This document shows positions 25,542-35,694 of a stretch of 64,000 nt of DNA, piece after piece. Positions within the stretch are counted from its first letter, which is position 1. The number at the start of each line of letters is the position of its first letter. The stretch is from Amphiscolops sp. MND2022 (Eukaryota), in assembly GCA_964187785.1 (NCBI GenBank), contig OZ076409.1:84012001-84076000 (forward strand). Reading direction: 5' to 3'. Below the pieces are notes generated by a model. The model ran no database searches. It was not told the origin of the DNA and saw nothing but the letters and a program-made list of their open reading frames with translations. The position numbers and the translations under genes are program-made.

Positions 25542-28500
25542 ATTTTTTTGTAAAGGTCATGATTCAGGTCTTTCTGCGCGAACCTGCAGATGCCTTTGGC
25601 AGATAGCTTCTGTCGACCGCCGACCAAGATGGAATACATTTTTGGTTTCAGTCCGACAAATTCCTCAATTGGTTCTCCTGCGAGTTCATCTTTGAACTTC
25701 AGGGTGACCATCTTGTTTTCAACATTGTACAGGAAATGGTCGGTTGGGTAATTAGAGAGGTCGAAATGTTGACGCAATTCCTCGTTGGTGGCTAGTTCCT
25801 CGTAGAAATCTGTATTTTTGATTTCATACAGCAGCGAATCAGTGTCTGAATAAAGAACAAAGCAATTAAAGTGCTTCTTCATTACATTGTAATGAAGGTC
25901 AAACATGTGAAGCTTGGCTAAGTCTAACACTGTAGCCCCAACTATTGTTGGCTTGTTCCAGACAATGGATCGTTTCCTCGATGATATAGCGACAAGGTTT
26001 TCGTTGAATATTTTAAACTTGTGAAAAAAAGGGGTGTCAGTTCTCCTCAAAACATCGTCTCTGTTGGTTACTAGCTGCACAGTCAGACGATTTCGTTTGC
26101 TTTCGAGAGTTTTTCCGTAGCAAGAGTTGTTCATTAGTTTAAAGAAACTTTCCTCAAATTTGTTCCGGGACTCTTTTCGCTTTTGCGTGTTCAGTTCCAT
26201 ATAAGGCTTGAGCCATTTGGATTGTCGGAATTTTAGTACGCGGTGAACTTTTTTCACTTCCATGCCTAGGCTTACATAGAGTTTGAGGGCTAGGTAGTGT
26301 AGTGTGTAGTTGTTTTTGTCTGCAAGCGTTTGAATGAGCTTTTTACCATGACTGTATTGTCTGGTTACACCCATCACCTCGAGCAATTCTTGCTGTCTTT
26401 CGCCCAGACATTTGTAGTAGATTTGCTCCTTTGTTGGCGCTAGTGGAAAGTCTTCATGTCCATCATGGAGTCGATCGGGGTAATGCAAATCAACTTCAAG
26501 AATAAAACCGTACTCTGAATTGTTTGTAGTTGCCAAAATTCTCTCTAGGTTATATTCTTGCACTGTTTCGAAGCTGTTTATTGGCAACGGGAACTTTTCC
26601 ATGATGCCTCCATACAAATTATTTGCATCAAGAAGTACCCCATAGGTGTTGTAGTTGTTGAAGTTGTGTTCTGCAACGTATCTATTGTTGGCCTTGAAAA
26701 ACTTTTTGTCAAATACCGAGGCAACACCGCCTCTAATCATGTTCTCCACCATTTCCAAGTGCTCTCGATCTGTCAGCAGCTCAATGTCGGCTTTACAATG
26801 TTTCAAAAATGCATCACCTGACAAATGGGAGCAAGTGAAATAGTGTGCACTGTCCAGTCCATATGTCTTGTAACAGAGGCTTCTGAACTCTTCGAAAACA
26901 CATGCCAACAGAAGTGTGTCTGTTTTGAGATACAAGTCATGATAGTCTCCCAAGTTTAGGCATCCAAATGTTTGGAAAACGTTATCGGCATGCTTCCATT
27001 CCTCTTGTGTCACCATGATTGCCCCGTTGCGCAGTGAATCCTTCCATTGGTCTCTTGGTGGTAGCTTCGTCTCGAGAAATTTATCAAAATTGTCAAAGTA
27101 AGAATAAGGATAATATCCCTTTTGATGTATAAGGCTTATATCTTCTATAGAGTAGTCTGAATAGCATCGGTCCAATATTTTGAACTTTTCTTGAGGCAAA
27201 AAACCAGCAAGTTTCTCGAGTGAAAAGGCCATGAAACGATAAGAGTCAATGAAACGCAAGTACTCGAAAACAGTCTTTGTCATTCCATTTTTGTCTTGGT
27301 AGGTTCTAACGGGTACTCCGACTGTTAAGGTGATGTATTTTTCGTCTGTCGACGGAATCACCTCAGTTTTGCAACCAGGTTTAAACTTGTGAATGTATAG
27401 GCAAACGTGATGCAAGTCATAGTTTGACAAATTGTGCGCCATGACTGGAATGAAGTTCACTGTCCTCCTTTTGAGATTGCATTCTGGATGCGCGAACCCC
27501 AGAAACTTGCCCGAGTAGTGACAGTGGTCAACGACTTTATCGTCATCCGGGTCTCCGTCTATTCCAAATTGACCATCGCAGATCCAACAAAGTTGAGCTT
27601 CTTGTGGTCTTTCCGGTACTGGATCGCGAAAGTACCTGTTGCGTTGCTTCTTTTGATGAATTTCGTGAGCAATTTGTTGCAGTGCCTCAACAAATTTCTC
27701 CATGCAATTTTCCGACCTTTCTAACTGCATGAAAACGGGGTCAGGGTTTCCGTGCTCGATTCCAACAATACAAAAACCACTTGGTTTCTGAATTTCCGTG
27801 ACACTAGTTGATTGATTGGCATTTAGACATCCAGCCACGGGTTGAATGATTGACTCCAAGTCAAAGTAGATAACTACTGGTGCAAACCAGCGAGCTTGCC
27901 AATTTTTAAATTTGAGTTGATTTTTTTCTCGTGAAGGCATTTTGACTACGGCTGGCTCATGTTGCAAACAACTAACTTGATGTCGTTTGTATGTGTTTTC
28001 ATTCGTGCATACATGGAAGCAGTTCCTGCAGAGGACTCTATGTTGCAATGTTGTCGTTCCTTTGACGAGACTGACTAGCCTCAAGAGATCTTGTATCAGA
28101 ATGTAATGATACTCTTGTCCATCATCGACCAGCAACAGGTCTATTTCAAGGTTTTCATTAGTTTCACGGGTTACTCGCAGTGGAACTAGTTGCTTTTCAG
28201 TGTATCTGAACACGTTGATTTTGCAATTATTCAATTTTTCGAAGCGCAGCATCTGTCCGAAACCCATTGGCATTTCAAACTCGCCTTTAGCTTGATGAGC
28301 TAACGGGTTGCGTCGCGAGTAAGTGTCCGGACTAGTCCTCTTAGCAATTGAGTCTCTGCTAGCTACATAGAGTAGAGGTCCGTTCTTGAGGTGCCATGCT
28401 GCTGTGAAGCAGTACAAGAAACAGTTGTGATCCTGGCGGTTTCGTATGTTTAGTAGCAAGTGAGACGCGTCCAATTCAGGTGGAGTAGGCAGATAGGAAG

Positions 28501-29185
28501 ATCCACGAATTGGGTTGAATGCTGCAAAGTTGACATCCAGCTCCAGAATTTTATCCAATATCCAACCACTTCCCGATGCGGTGAATGTAAACAGAGTATT
28601 GATCATTTTGTCAACCATAGTTAGGAAATCAGCCTGTGACAAGTTATTGCCGTACACAGGTACCATTGTAGAGCGGAGAAAAAGTTCTGTCTCTTCACCT
28701 TTCGTCGGCTTGGAAAGCTCGGTTCGCAGTATCAGTTGTAACTTTCGGCTAATAGGGTTTACGTTTTCACAAACCAACTTGTCAATTTGTGGCTTTACGT
28801 CGGTCATGAACTGCATCAAGTCGTTTTCTCCAGATCCATCAATTTTATACACCTTCAGTGCCCCGTCGAAAGCTGACGAGATGGGTTTTGTAGTTTCCCG
28901 CCCACAGTTTGCGGGTGGGGGTAGATCATGTTTCTCAATCAAGTGTTTGTAGAATTTTTCGGGATCATCGAATCCCACTCCACAATACACGCACATCTTT
29001 TCCAGCTTCGTCCCGTGATTCTCGTGAAAGTGTTTATCCATTTCGCTGACTGTTAGCTCAATTTTGCGACAAACATTGCATTCCAGGACGAATAAGTAAG
29101 CAGGGATTTTGTGAACATTTCGTCGATGTTGGCGAAGATTGTTTTTGTTGGGAAATGTTTTCTGGCATTTGTCGCAGGTTCTCAT
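25505..29185 (-). CDS. Protein-primed family B DNA polymerase with three N-terminal C2H2 zinc fingers and an endonuclease-VII-like insert
   Basis: Exonuclease motifs YFDLES, HNLSNYD, YLKTDT; polymerase motifs DANNLYG, KLMNNSCYGK, YSDTDS, KPKMY; endo VII-like CWIC..DHCH..AHPECN. Confidence 0.97.
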   Translation of the reverse strand: MRTCDKCQKTFPNKNNLRQHRRNVHKIPAYLFVLECNVCRKIELTVSEMDKHFHENHGTKLEKMCVYCGVGFDDPEKFYKHLIEKHDLPPPANCGRETTKPISSAFDGALKVYKIDGSGENDLMQFMTDVKPQIDKLVCENVNPISRKLQLILRTELSKPTKGEETELFLRSTMVPVYGNNLSQADFLTMVDKMINTLFTFTASGSGWILDKILELDVNFAAFNPIRGSSYLPTPPELDASHLLLNIRNRQDHNCFLYCFTAAWHLKNGPLLYVASRDSIAKRTSPDTYSRRNPLAHQAKGEFEMPMGFGQMLRFEKLNNCKINVFRYTEKQLVPLRVTRETNENLEIDLLLVDDGQEYHYILIQDLLRLVSLVKGTTTLQHRVLCRNCFHVCTNENTYKRHQVSCLQHEPAVVKMPSREKNQLKFKNWQARWFAPVVIYFDLESIIQPVAGCLNANQSTSVTEIQKPSGFCIVGIEHGNPDPVFMQLERSENCMEKFVEALQQIAHEIHQKKQRNRYFRDPVPERPQEAQLCWICDGQFGIDGDPDDDKVVDHCHYSGKFLGFAHPECNLKRRTVNFIPVMAHNLSNYDLHHVCLYIHKFKPGCKTEVIPSTDEKYITLTVGVPVRTYQDKNGMTKTVFEYLRFIDSYRFMAFSLEKLAGFLPQEKFKILDRCYSDYSIEDISLIHQKGYYPYSYFDNFDKFLETKLPPRDQWKDSLRNGAIMVTQEEWKHADNVFQTFGCLNLGDYHDLYLKTDTLLLACVFEEFRSLCYKTYGLDSAHYFTCSHLSGDAFLKHCKADIELLTDREHLEMVENMIRGGVASVFDKKFFKANNRYVAEHNFNNYNTYGVLLDANNLYGGIMEKFPLPINSFETVQEYNLERILATTNNSEYGFILEVDLHYPDRLHDGHEDFPLAPTKEQIYYKCLGERQQELLEVMGVTRQYSHGKKLIQTLADKNNYTLHYLALKLYVSLGMEVKKVHRVLKFRQSKWLKPYMELNTQKRKESRNKFEESFFKLMNNSCYGKTLESKRNRLTVQLVTNRDDVLRRTDTPFFHKFKIFNENLVAISSRKRSIVWNKPTIVGATVLDLAKLHMFDLHYNVMKKHFNCFVLYSDTDSLLYEIKNTDFYEELATNEELRQHFDLSNYPTDHFLYNVENKMVTLKFKDELAGEPIEEFVGLKPKMYSILVGGRQKLSAKGICRFAQKDLNHDLYKKICIREITSRQST

Positions 29186-29477
29186 CTTGACTGAGATATT
29201 TGATTGAAACTACTATATCAGAAGAATTTGTTGTCCAAACAAAAATACCTTGCTGAAACGATTATGAAAGAGAATGAAATTGATTTTACAAAAGAAAAAA
29301 TTCACTCTGAAATAGTATTTTCAATCAAATATTGCAGGTGAGAGTTGGTTATTTTCAATAATTTTTGCTTGTGAGGGTAACTGATTTGCAACAAAGTTGG
29401 AGATTTTTGATTTTATTTGTTGCGAAATTTCGTTTTAAAATTGAGCTATCGGGGGTTATTCGGGTTCGACGACAGAC

Positions 29478-29790
29478 GCAAGATGACGCACTCCCTCTCA
29501 GACAATCGTCGGTTAATCTCGTTTCAACCGGCAAGACAAGTGCAAGCTGACGCACCCCTCTTAGACAATCGCCGTTTAATCTCGTTTCGACCGGTTTAAA
29601 AAAATGTAAGCTGACGCACCCCCACTCAGACAATCGGCGGTTAATCTCGTTTCAACCGGTCAGAAAAATGCAAGCTGACGCACCCCTCTCAGACAATTAG
29701 CGTTTAATCTTGTTTGAACCGGCAAGACAAATGCCAGCCGACGCACCCCCTCCCAGACAATTTGCGGTTGATTTCGTTTGAACTGGCAAA
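29478..29790. repeat. Five 64-bp tandem repeats between the divergent PolB and 186-aa ORF starts
   Basis: TGACGCA at 29484, 29548, 29612 and 29676; CGACGCA at 29739. Confidence 0.9.
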
Positions 29791-30168
29791 AGATAACAAA
29801 GCGCAAATGTAAAGATAACAAAGCGCAAATGTTGAAACACATCCCCTCTAGACACGCTACGCAGTAAAATTTCCCCCAGAAAGTGAGTTGTTGTTTAGTT
29901 TTTCTCAGCACTCGATCGTAAAAATGCAAGCTGTCGCTCGCCGCCGCCTGACTTGTCTGACCGCAGGCCAAAATCATTTGCTTTTTGCCTGATTTTAAAA
30001 TCAACTACTGTTCAACTTTGTCTAGTCAACTTCTTTGCTGTTTGCCATTTCACAACTGTTCACTTTCGTCTCCTCAACTTGTTTGTTATTAGCCATTTCA
30101 CAACTGTTCAATTTCTTTCTCTCCTTTTTTGCTGTTTGTCCACTTTTTCTACGCTCTTTGACCCGACC

Positions 30169-30729
30169 ATGATCCCAATTAGATCCTGCCTTCGCATCGA
30201 CGACGAGCTCGTATCAAATTATGGTCCCGTCCATCACAAGCACGTCCGATTTTCGGACTCTTTACAGTATTTCGGGGACATAACACCCAACTCGACTGAC
30301 AACCTAACGCTTCCGCCACTATCACGACCCCGATGTTGGAGGATTAAACCCCGCAACCCCATTTCGGACCTGGTGAAGAGCGGGCAGGTGTATAGCGACC
30401 CTTATTCAATCTGGGATCTTTCCAGCTCAACGCCCATCACCCTCAACAACTACAAACGTCACAACCAGATGACAATGATATACGACGATGCAGAGATATT
30501 CGCACCGAAGCCGAATGCCTTTCCGATCTTCTCGTGCATCAAACGCCCGGAGAGTGGAAAAAAGAAACTGCGCGTGAGTTTTTCCTTTTTCGAAACAACC
30601 ATTTTCCCTGACGGTCGAACAACCCAGTCAGTTGCTGCTACAGAAGAACGTGGGGAATTATGGAGGTCCGACTCTCTCGACAACTCTCCCATTTATGTAA
30701 TGAACTGTCAAAACTTGGTTTGTTTTTGA
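30169..30729 (+). CDS. 186-aa Polinton accessory protein with two SILK-like plus RVxF motifs (putative PP1-binding)
   Basis: ATG in ACCATG context. PIRSCLR...KHVRF..LQYF and PIFSCIK...KKKLRVSF..TTIF. Confidence 0.65.
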   Translation: MIPIRSCLRIDDELVSNYGPVHHKHVRFSDSLQYFGDITPNSTDNLTLPPLSRPRCWRIKPRNPISDLVKSGQVYSDPYSIWDLSSSTPITLNNYKRHNQMTMIYDDAEIFAPKPNAFPIFSCIKRPESGKKKLRVSFSFFETTIFPDGRTTQSVAATEERGELWRSDSLDNSPIYVMNCQNLVCF

Positions 30730-30896
30730 TTTTGTGTTTGTTTCATAACTATTTTTGACTTTTGTTCTTTGATTGTTTTGATTTTGTGTCTGTCATTTAG
30801 TCTACATTTAACGTTCCGAACTCAAATTAATTCTTGTTTGTTTCGTTTTTGAAAAAAAAAGCTTGAAGGATAAAACTTGAATAAGAAAAGTTAGCA

Positions 30897-31325
30897 TTAA
30901 ATGAAATGTTTGACAAATCGCATTAGTTCTTGTTCACTAATGTAAGGAATAATAGGAAAATGAGCGCCAAATACATAATGAGCTATATAAATGCAATAAA
31001 GTCCGCACAAATTTGAGTTTAAGTTTTGCAGAGGAGCTTGTATAATCTCTGTCACTCCCAAATCTGCAAAAGATAGTCGATCACGTACATACGGGTAATT
31101 GTTGAGTGGAAGGCCAAGCGGGTCAGCGAATAAGTACTTGTTGTTTCTGTTGCACAGCAAGAGCCAATGAGTTCCCATTTGGGTAGCCTTGTCTGAATTG
31201 ACAATGATAAAGTTGCCATTCTTTAAATTGGGGGGAAAATTATCTGCTGCATAAACACCAGCAAATTTGTACTTCAAGTATCTGCACTTGTTGATGAGAG
31301 TGCCCAACTGTAGTTCGTCAATCAT
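30897..31325 (-). CDS. Adenovirus-like cysteine maturation protease (adenain)
   Basis: GTHW, FADPLG and LQNLNSNLCGLYC supply the catalytic H-D-Q-C. Confidence 0.95.
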   Translation of the reverse strand: MIDELQLGTLINKCRYLKYKFAGVYAADNFPPNLKNGNFIIVNSDKATQMGTHWLLLCNRNNKYLFADPLGLPLNNYPYVRDRLSFADLGVTEIIQAPLQNLNSNLCGLYCIYIAHYVFGAHFPIIPYISEQELMRFVKHFI

Positions 31326-32650
31326 TTTCTTGTAATTGCGGTATCGGGAGCTATATAGTAGTTCTTTGAGACTTTTCTGCTGTTATTGATGTAAACTGTT
31401 GAAGCGCATTCTCCCAATAAAAGTACTTCAGTGATTTGTGCCAGTGCGGTATCAAACCGCAAACTGATTGAGATTGATGCACTTGTAAGCTCAGGATGTA
31501 AATAATCATGCGATGCTTGATGAGTACTGGTTAGATCGAAAACTAACAGATAATGATTTGCATACTCTTCGAATGAAATTCCATGACCATGCTCATGAAA
31601 CGCTAGAGCTCCCATTGAATTGAGGTACATCTTTTTGTCGGTGTCCGTCTCTAAGGGTGTTCCAGCAATTGGATGACCATTACGATAGACTGTTATGCTG
31701 CGCAAACCAAATTTTTGATAGTGGAATGGGTTCGTTGTTTTGGCTCCCACAAAGCCAGCATTGGTTGACATGGCAAGTATAAATCGTCGAATTGGTTGAC
31801 CACTAAAGACATTTTCTTGATCCCAACTTTGTGAGTTTTGCCCGATGAGAAAAGTCCTTGGAATGATCTCAGTGTACCGATATCGAGCTGTAGCTTTCGC
31901 CAAAGTTGTTTCAATTGCGGAATAGGCATTCTCAGTGAGAGTCATTTTGCGAACGTACAAATTGGCTTGAGTTATATTAACTTTATAGTCTTTGCCTGCG
32001 TCGTCATAAATCAAGCAAAATTCGGGCCTCGTTCGAAGGAAGGATATTCTCAGCTCAACTCCACTGACGAGATGTTTTTCGCACGAGAAAAAATCAGAGG
32101 CAACTCGCCCAATGAAAGTTACAGTGGCTGAAGATCTTGTTTCAGCTTCTCTTTTTGTGAAAGCTGTCAAGGTGTGCGTACTAGGGTTGGATTCGTAGTT
32201 ATAACCCTGACATTCCAGCCAAGTATTTTTTGCTTCCAGGTTGTGGGAAAATTCAGTTTCAATGAAAGCCTTGTGGGCGTAGAGTCCATTTGCAGAAGAG
32301 ACTTTTACTCCTTGGGCCGTTACAGTGCAATCCGAGAATAATGAATGAAGTGTATTGTTGACAAAAACTGACGTGTCTTGTTGAGTTGCGTCTCCAGTCA
32401 CATAATTTAAATTGGTGTTGTCTGTTTTTACAATTTTACACTTGACTTCCAAATAAATGTTTTGTAAATCGATAAAGTTGGTCCGGTCTCCCTTGACTTC
32501 AAACTCCAACGTTGGTCCATTTGGAGCATACAGCGGGCCAATTTTTTGCTCAAAAGACCCGTCAAAGTTGACTAGAAGCTGAGGCCTTTCGAAAATATCG
32601 AGTGAAGTGTGCGAGGTTTCGATTGGTAAAGCGTTACTGTTAATCAACAT
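31322..32650 (-). CDS. Major capsid protein (double jelly-roll)
   Basis: SLDIFERP, LEFEVKG..FIDLQNIYL, NNTLHSLFS, YAHKAFIET, NPFHYQKFG, VFDLT are Polinton MCP motifs. ATG at 32650 is preferred over the ORF-track start at 32743. Confidence 0.92.
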   Translation of the reverse strand: MLINSNALPIETSHTSLDIFERPQLLVNFDGSFEQKIGPLYAPNGPTLEFEVKGDRTNFIDLQNIYLEVKCKIVKTDNTNLNYVTGDATQQDTSVFVNNTLHSLFSDCTVTAQGVKVSSANGLYAHKAFIETEFSHNLEAKNTWLECQGYNYESNPSTHTLTAFTKREAETRSSATVTFIGRVASDFFSCEKHLVSGVELRISFLRTRPEFCLIYDDAGKDYKVNITQANLYVRKMTLTENAYSAIETTLAKATARYRYTEIIPRTFLIGQNSQSWDQENVFSGQPIRRFILAMSTNAGFVGAKTTNPFHYQKFGLRSITVYRNGHPIAGTPLETDTDKKMYLNSMGALAFHEHGHGISFEEYANHYLLVFDLTSTHQASHDYLHPELTSASISISLRFDTALAQITEVLLLGECASTVYINNSRKVSKNYYIAPDTAITRK

Positions 32651-33011
32651 TTTTGACTCTAGAGAAAAAATCTGACCGACTTCTTCGTGTGAATTTTTTA
32701 CGTCGAATGAATCGTTTGCCTCTTCTCCTTCTTTTAGATCCACCCAATTGTTTCTTTACAGTTTTGCGGACTGCTGATCGAACCGCTTGTTTTGGTGTCT
32801 TCTTTTTTGATGCCACGTCAAGCAACTCGGGTATGCTTTGTGATAAGAATTCTTTGCCAATTGACTTGACAGCGGGAAGCAAAAACTTTTTGGCAAATGG
32901 TAAAGCTACTCGTCCAACACCAGCTGCTAATGACCCGAAACCACTTCCACGTTGTCTTGCAGGCCCTGAGAAATGGGGTAGTTGTGCCTGTTGGGCGTAG
33001 TATTGTTCCAT
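32640..33011 (-). CDS. Small basic core/membrane-active virion protein with protease-site-like QRGSG and QLGG
   Basis: YYAQQA...RQRGSGFGSL, an amphipathic helix and an Arg/Lys-rich C-terminus; usual position between mCP and MCP. Confidence 0.8.
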   Translation of the reverse strand: MEQYYAQQAQLPHFSGPARQRGSGFGSLAAGVGRVALPFAKKFLLPAVKSIGKEFLSQSIPELLDVASKKKTPKQAVRSAVRKTVKKQLGGSKRRRRGKRFIRRKKFTRRSRSDFFSRVKNVD

Positions 33012-33854
33012 TTATTGAAATTTCCTAAATTTGAGTGTGAGAGCTACTAGACCGGTACCAACGAAAGGAACTTTTTGTCCAGTAATGGACATCAACTCAA
33101 TTTGAATTTCTTCAATTGTACTAGTAATGAGCTTCTTGAACTGTAGCTCAGTGAAAACTCTATGGGCTGTTGTTGAAGTGTTTAAAAGTTTCCCGTCTTG
33201 AACTTGTCTTGTGTTTTCGATAATTCGCAAAAGAGGCGACTTTACTCCATGTTCAATGATGTTGGTATTGACGAAAAACATGTTGGTTCCCACTGTGAGA
33301 TCTGGTGGATAAGTGTTTTTGATTGGTTGTTTCATATTTGCGACTTTGTAATTCGTTCCTATGTAATATCCTCCTCGATTTGTATCTGGCACCCCCTGGA
33401 TACCCAAAACATCAAAGAGGCTGCGATCTCTGACACTTATTCCATATCGGCTTTTAAAACTAATTTCAATGTTATCTTCCACATAATCTGCAGAGTTTAA
33501 TGGCTTTTTGGTTTCAGTTGCCTTGTCTAGTTGCTTCAGAATGCTGCTGATTGTCTGATACTCTCCAGCTTCAAATTTAGCATTATCTGACCAATCCTCT
33601 CGTTTGATAACTGCACCGCCTTCACTACTCAGGACAGGAGTGTTGTCATATGGTGTTTTGGGTGTGTAAATGAAAAAGTCAGTTGTAGTAATGTTTTTGA
33701 TGCTGGTGGGGAAAATGATTTCGGCGAGCGCTACCCGCCAGTCACCTTCCAAGTGAATTGGGTGCGCCAAGAGGTTACGAAACGCTGCCATTGTGTTGCC
33801 GCTGTATATATTCATGGAACCTGCTGATTCCAGGTAAATGTCAAATTCGTCCAT
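33012..33854 (-). CDS. Minor capsid (penton-like) protein
   Basis: FDIYLES..S...Y..NT...FRNLL..PIHLEGDWRVALAEI at the N-terminus; PLLR...IEEIQIEL...G...PF...LTLKFRK at the C-terminus. Confidence 0.9.
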   Translation of the reverse strand: MDEFDIYLESAGSMNIYSGNTMAAFRNLLAHPIHLEGDWRVALAEIIFPTSIKNITTTDFFIYTPKTPYDNTPVLSSEGGAVIKREDWSDNAKFEAGEYQTISSILKQLDKATETKKPLNSADYVEDNIEISFKSRYGISVRDRSLFDVLGIQGVPDTNRGGYYIGTNYKVANMKQPIKNTYPPDLTVGTNMFFVNTNIIEHGVKSPLLRIIENTRQVQDGKLLNTSTTAHRVFTELQFKKLITSTIEEIQIELMSITGQKVPFVGTGLVALTLKFRKFQ

Positions 33855-34785
33855 TGACCTTCACAAGTTCGGGTTCGTAAAATTTTCCGTTGATTGTATC
33901 ACCACTCTCGTCTCTCAAATTGTATGTTGGAGGGTTGAAAGTTGAAATTTTGATTATTGTAAATATTTCGTCCGTGAAACTTTGTTTATATCCCTTTTTG
34001 AAGGGTAAATCTTGTTTGGCTATCCGAACTTTATCGCGGAGACTAAACTTTGGTTTTTTGACAAATTTGCTCGACTGCTCTGCAGCTAGAGATCGTAAAT
34101 GTGGCTCGTGCTTCTTTGTAACTTTGTTTGGGGCCAACTTTGTTACACGATTGACGCGTGAGTTGATTGTGCTGACAAATTGAGATAGCTTGCTGATGTA
34201 ATGATATGTCCATTTGTTTTCCATGTGCTTGTACATGATATTTTTGAGTGAACGAATGTTTCTCTCTGCAAAAGCTGACTTTGTTTCGCTGGCAGTTGTA
34301 TATGTTGCTATTCCTCTCTGATCGCAAAGATTTTTGAATGCTCCTTTGAATTCGGTTCCCTTATCTGACCAAACTTTCTGCGGTTGCACTTTTTCAATCA
34401 TTTTTTCGAATGCTTTAGCAGCGTCAGGAGCACTTTTTGATCGCATTGGTACAACACGTAAAAATCTTGATAACACATCCACTGCAACCAGTAAATACTT
34501 GACTCCATTGTTATATTTTGCCAACTTGTCCACATAGGCGACATCTATTGACCAAATTTCGTTAATTTCGTAAGCAATTACTTTAAGGCGAGGGAATTTA
34601 CGTTGAATCTGTCTATATTTTGTATGAGCATCTTTTTGTTGCAAAAAAGTGTCAATTTTTGCTTTTGGCATTTTGCTGGTTTCTTGCAAATTTCTCGCGC
34701 TCCCGTAAGCAGCAGCTCCACTCGTGTACATTTTTTCCAACTTTGCTTGTTCAGTTGTTGAAAGTCTCCCAATCCTTCGAGCCAT
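33841..34785 (-). CDS. Retroviral-type DDE integrase (c-integrase)
   Basis: WSIDV, VDVLSRF, SDKGTEF, AERNIRSLK; C-terminal FKKGYKQSFTDEIF and GKFYEPEL. Likely ATG at 34785 (the ORF extends to 34899). Confidence 0.95.
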   Translation of the reverse strand: MARRIGRLSTTEQAKLEKMYTSGAAAYGSARNLQETSKMPKAKIDTFLQQKDAHTKYRQIQRKFPRLKVIAYEINEIWSIDVAYVDKLAKYNNGVKYLLVAVDVLSRFLRVVPMRSKSAPDAAKAFEKMIEKVQPQKVWSDKGTEFKGAFKNLCDQRGIATYTTASETKSAFAERNIRSLKNIMYKHMENKWTYHYISKLSQFVSTINSRVNRVTKLAPNKVTKKHEPHLRSLAAEQSSKFVKKPKFSLRDKVRIAKQDLPFKKGYKQSFTDEIFTIIKISTFNPPTYNLRDESGDTINGKFYEPELVKVNGRI

Positions 34786-35389
34786 CTTCTTGGTCTTCAA
34801 AACTTGGGCCAGGTTGCTGGTCATCTTTCTTGCGGGGTCTCTTTGGTGTCTTTCCGCTGCTTTTTGTTTTTGGTGTTGTGACAAACTTGGTCTTGACAAC
34901 TTTTGGTTTCACAATCTCTTTTGCTTCTGAGTTTGGTACTAGATCTGGTGAAATTTTAATTTTGTCCAAAATTCGTTTGTAATCTGAGTGATAAAGTTTC
35001 TTTGTTGGTTGCTGCAACGTGAAAAGGAAGTTCGACGCATCAATGGCTGTGGGAGTATTGTCAATCTCTATAAGACCTTCGTCGTTTATCGAAACGTCAG
35101 AACTACTTTGCAATTCTTTCAAAATGGACTTGGACTTTTCGGTTTGATGAGGATTGAGCATTGTGATTGAGCGAAGTACCCTTTTCTGGATATCTTCCCG
35201 TGTCTCTGGGGCTTTCACTTCTTGAGACGTTTTTTCCTTCTCGGTCTCCTTTTTTTCGGGAACTCGTTGTAATAACGTAAGTTGTTGACTTTTTGCTGTA
35301 ATTGTTGGATCATCCAGAATTTCTGACGCTTTTGGTTGATTCTTGACGTATTTTTCTTTTGGTATTAGTATAAATTCTTGAGCACTCAT
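34751..35389 (-). CDS. Conserved Polinton hypothetical protein
   Basis: FILIPKE N-terminus, SINDEGLIEID core and terminal WETF; lies in the contiguous virion/integrase gene block. Confidence 0.7.
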   Translation of the reverse strand: MSAQEFILIPKEKYVKNQPKASEILDDPTITAKSQQLTLLQRVPEKKETEKEKTSQEVKAPETREDIQKRVLRSITMLNPHQTEKSKSILKELQSSSDVSINDEGLIEIDNTPTAIDASNFLFTLQQPTKKLYHSDYKRILDKIKISPDLVPNSEAKEIVKPKVVKTKFVTTPKTKSSGKTPKRPRKKDDQQPGPSFEDQEDGSKDWETFNN

Positions 35390-35694
35390 TCTGCTGATAA
35401 ATAGCAAATGCAGGGACGACTGATCAGCTTCAATAGTTTATAGCCTTTGATGGATGACAAAATTTGTCGTCGTCTGCTGTCAGATGTTTGCGGTTGACAT
35501 AAAATTTTCAATTGCCGTTCGAATGGCATCAATTTGTTTACATTCATTGGTATGTTTCCATTGATGATATTCAAGGCGCACTCACAGAGAAATTTGATTT
35601 GTTCCCTGTTGCAATCATGTATAACGCGAGAAATGTCTTTCCTCTTTTTGTTTTCTTGCCAGTGCTTCAGTATATGCAATTTTTTCTCGCTCAT
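35386..35694 (-). CDS. Conserved small Polinton protein (CECALN..GN.P family)
   Basis: LCECALNIINGNIP...RRRQIL motif, usually found downstream of the ATPase. Confidence 0.75.
   Translation of the reverse strand: MSEKKLHILKHWQENKKRKDISRVIHDCNREQIKFLCECALNIINGNIPMNVNKLMPFERQLKILCQPQTSDSRRRQILSSIKGYKLLKLISRPCICYLSAE

Noticed and set aside
29953..30168. N-terminal 72 codons of the 258-aa ORF
   Set aside because: Non-ATG start in pyrimidine-rich repetitive leader sequence; the first ATG in good context is 30169.
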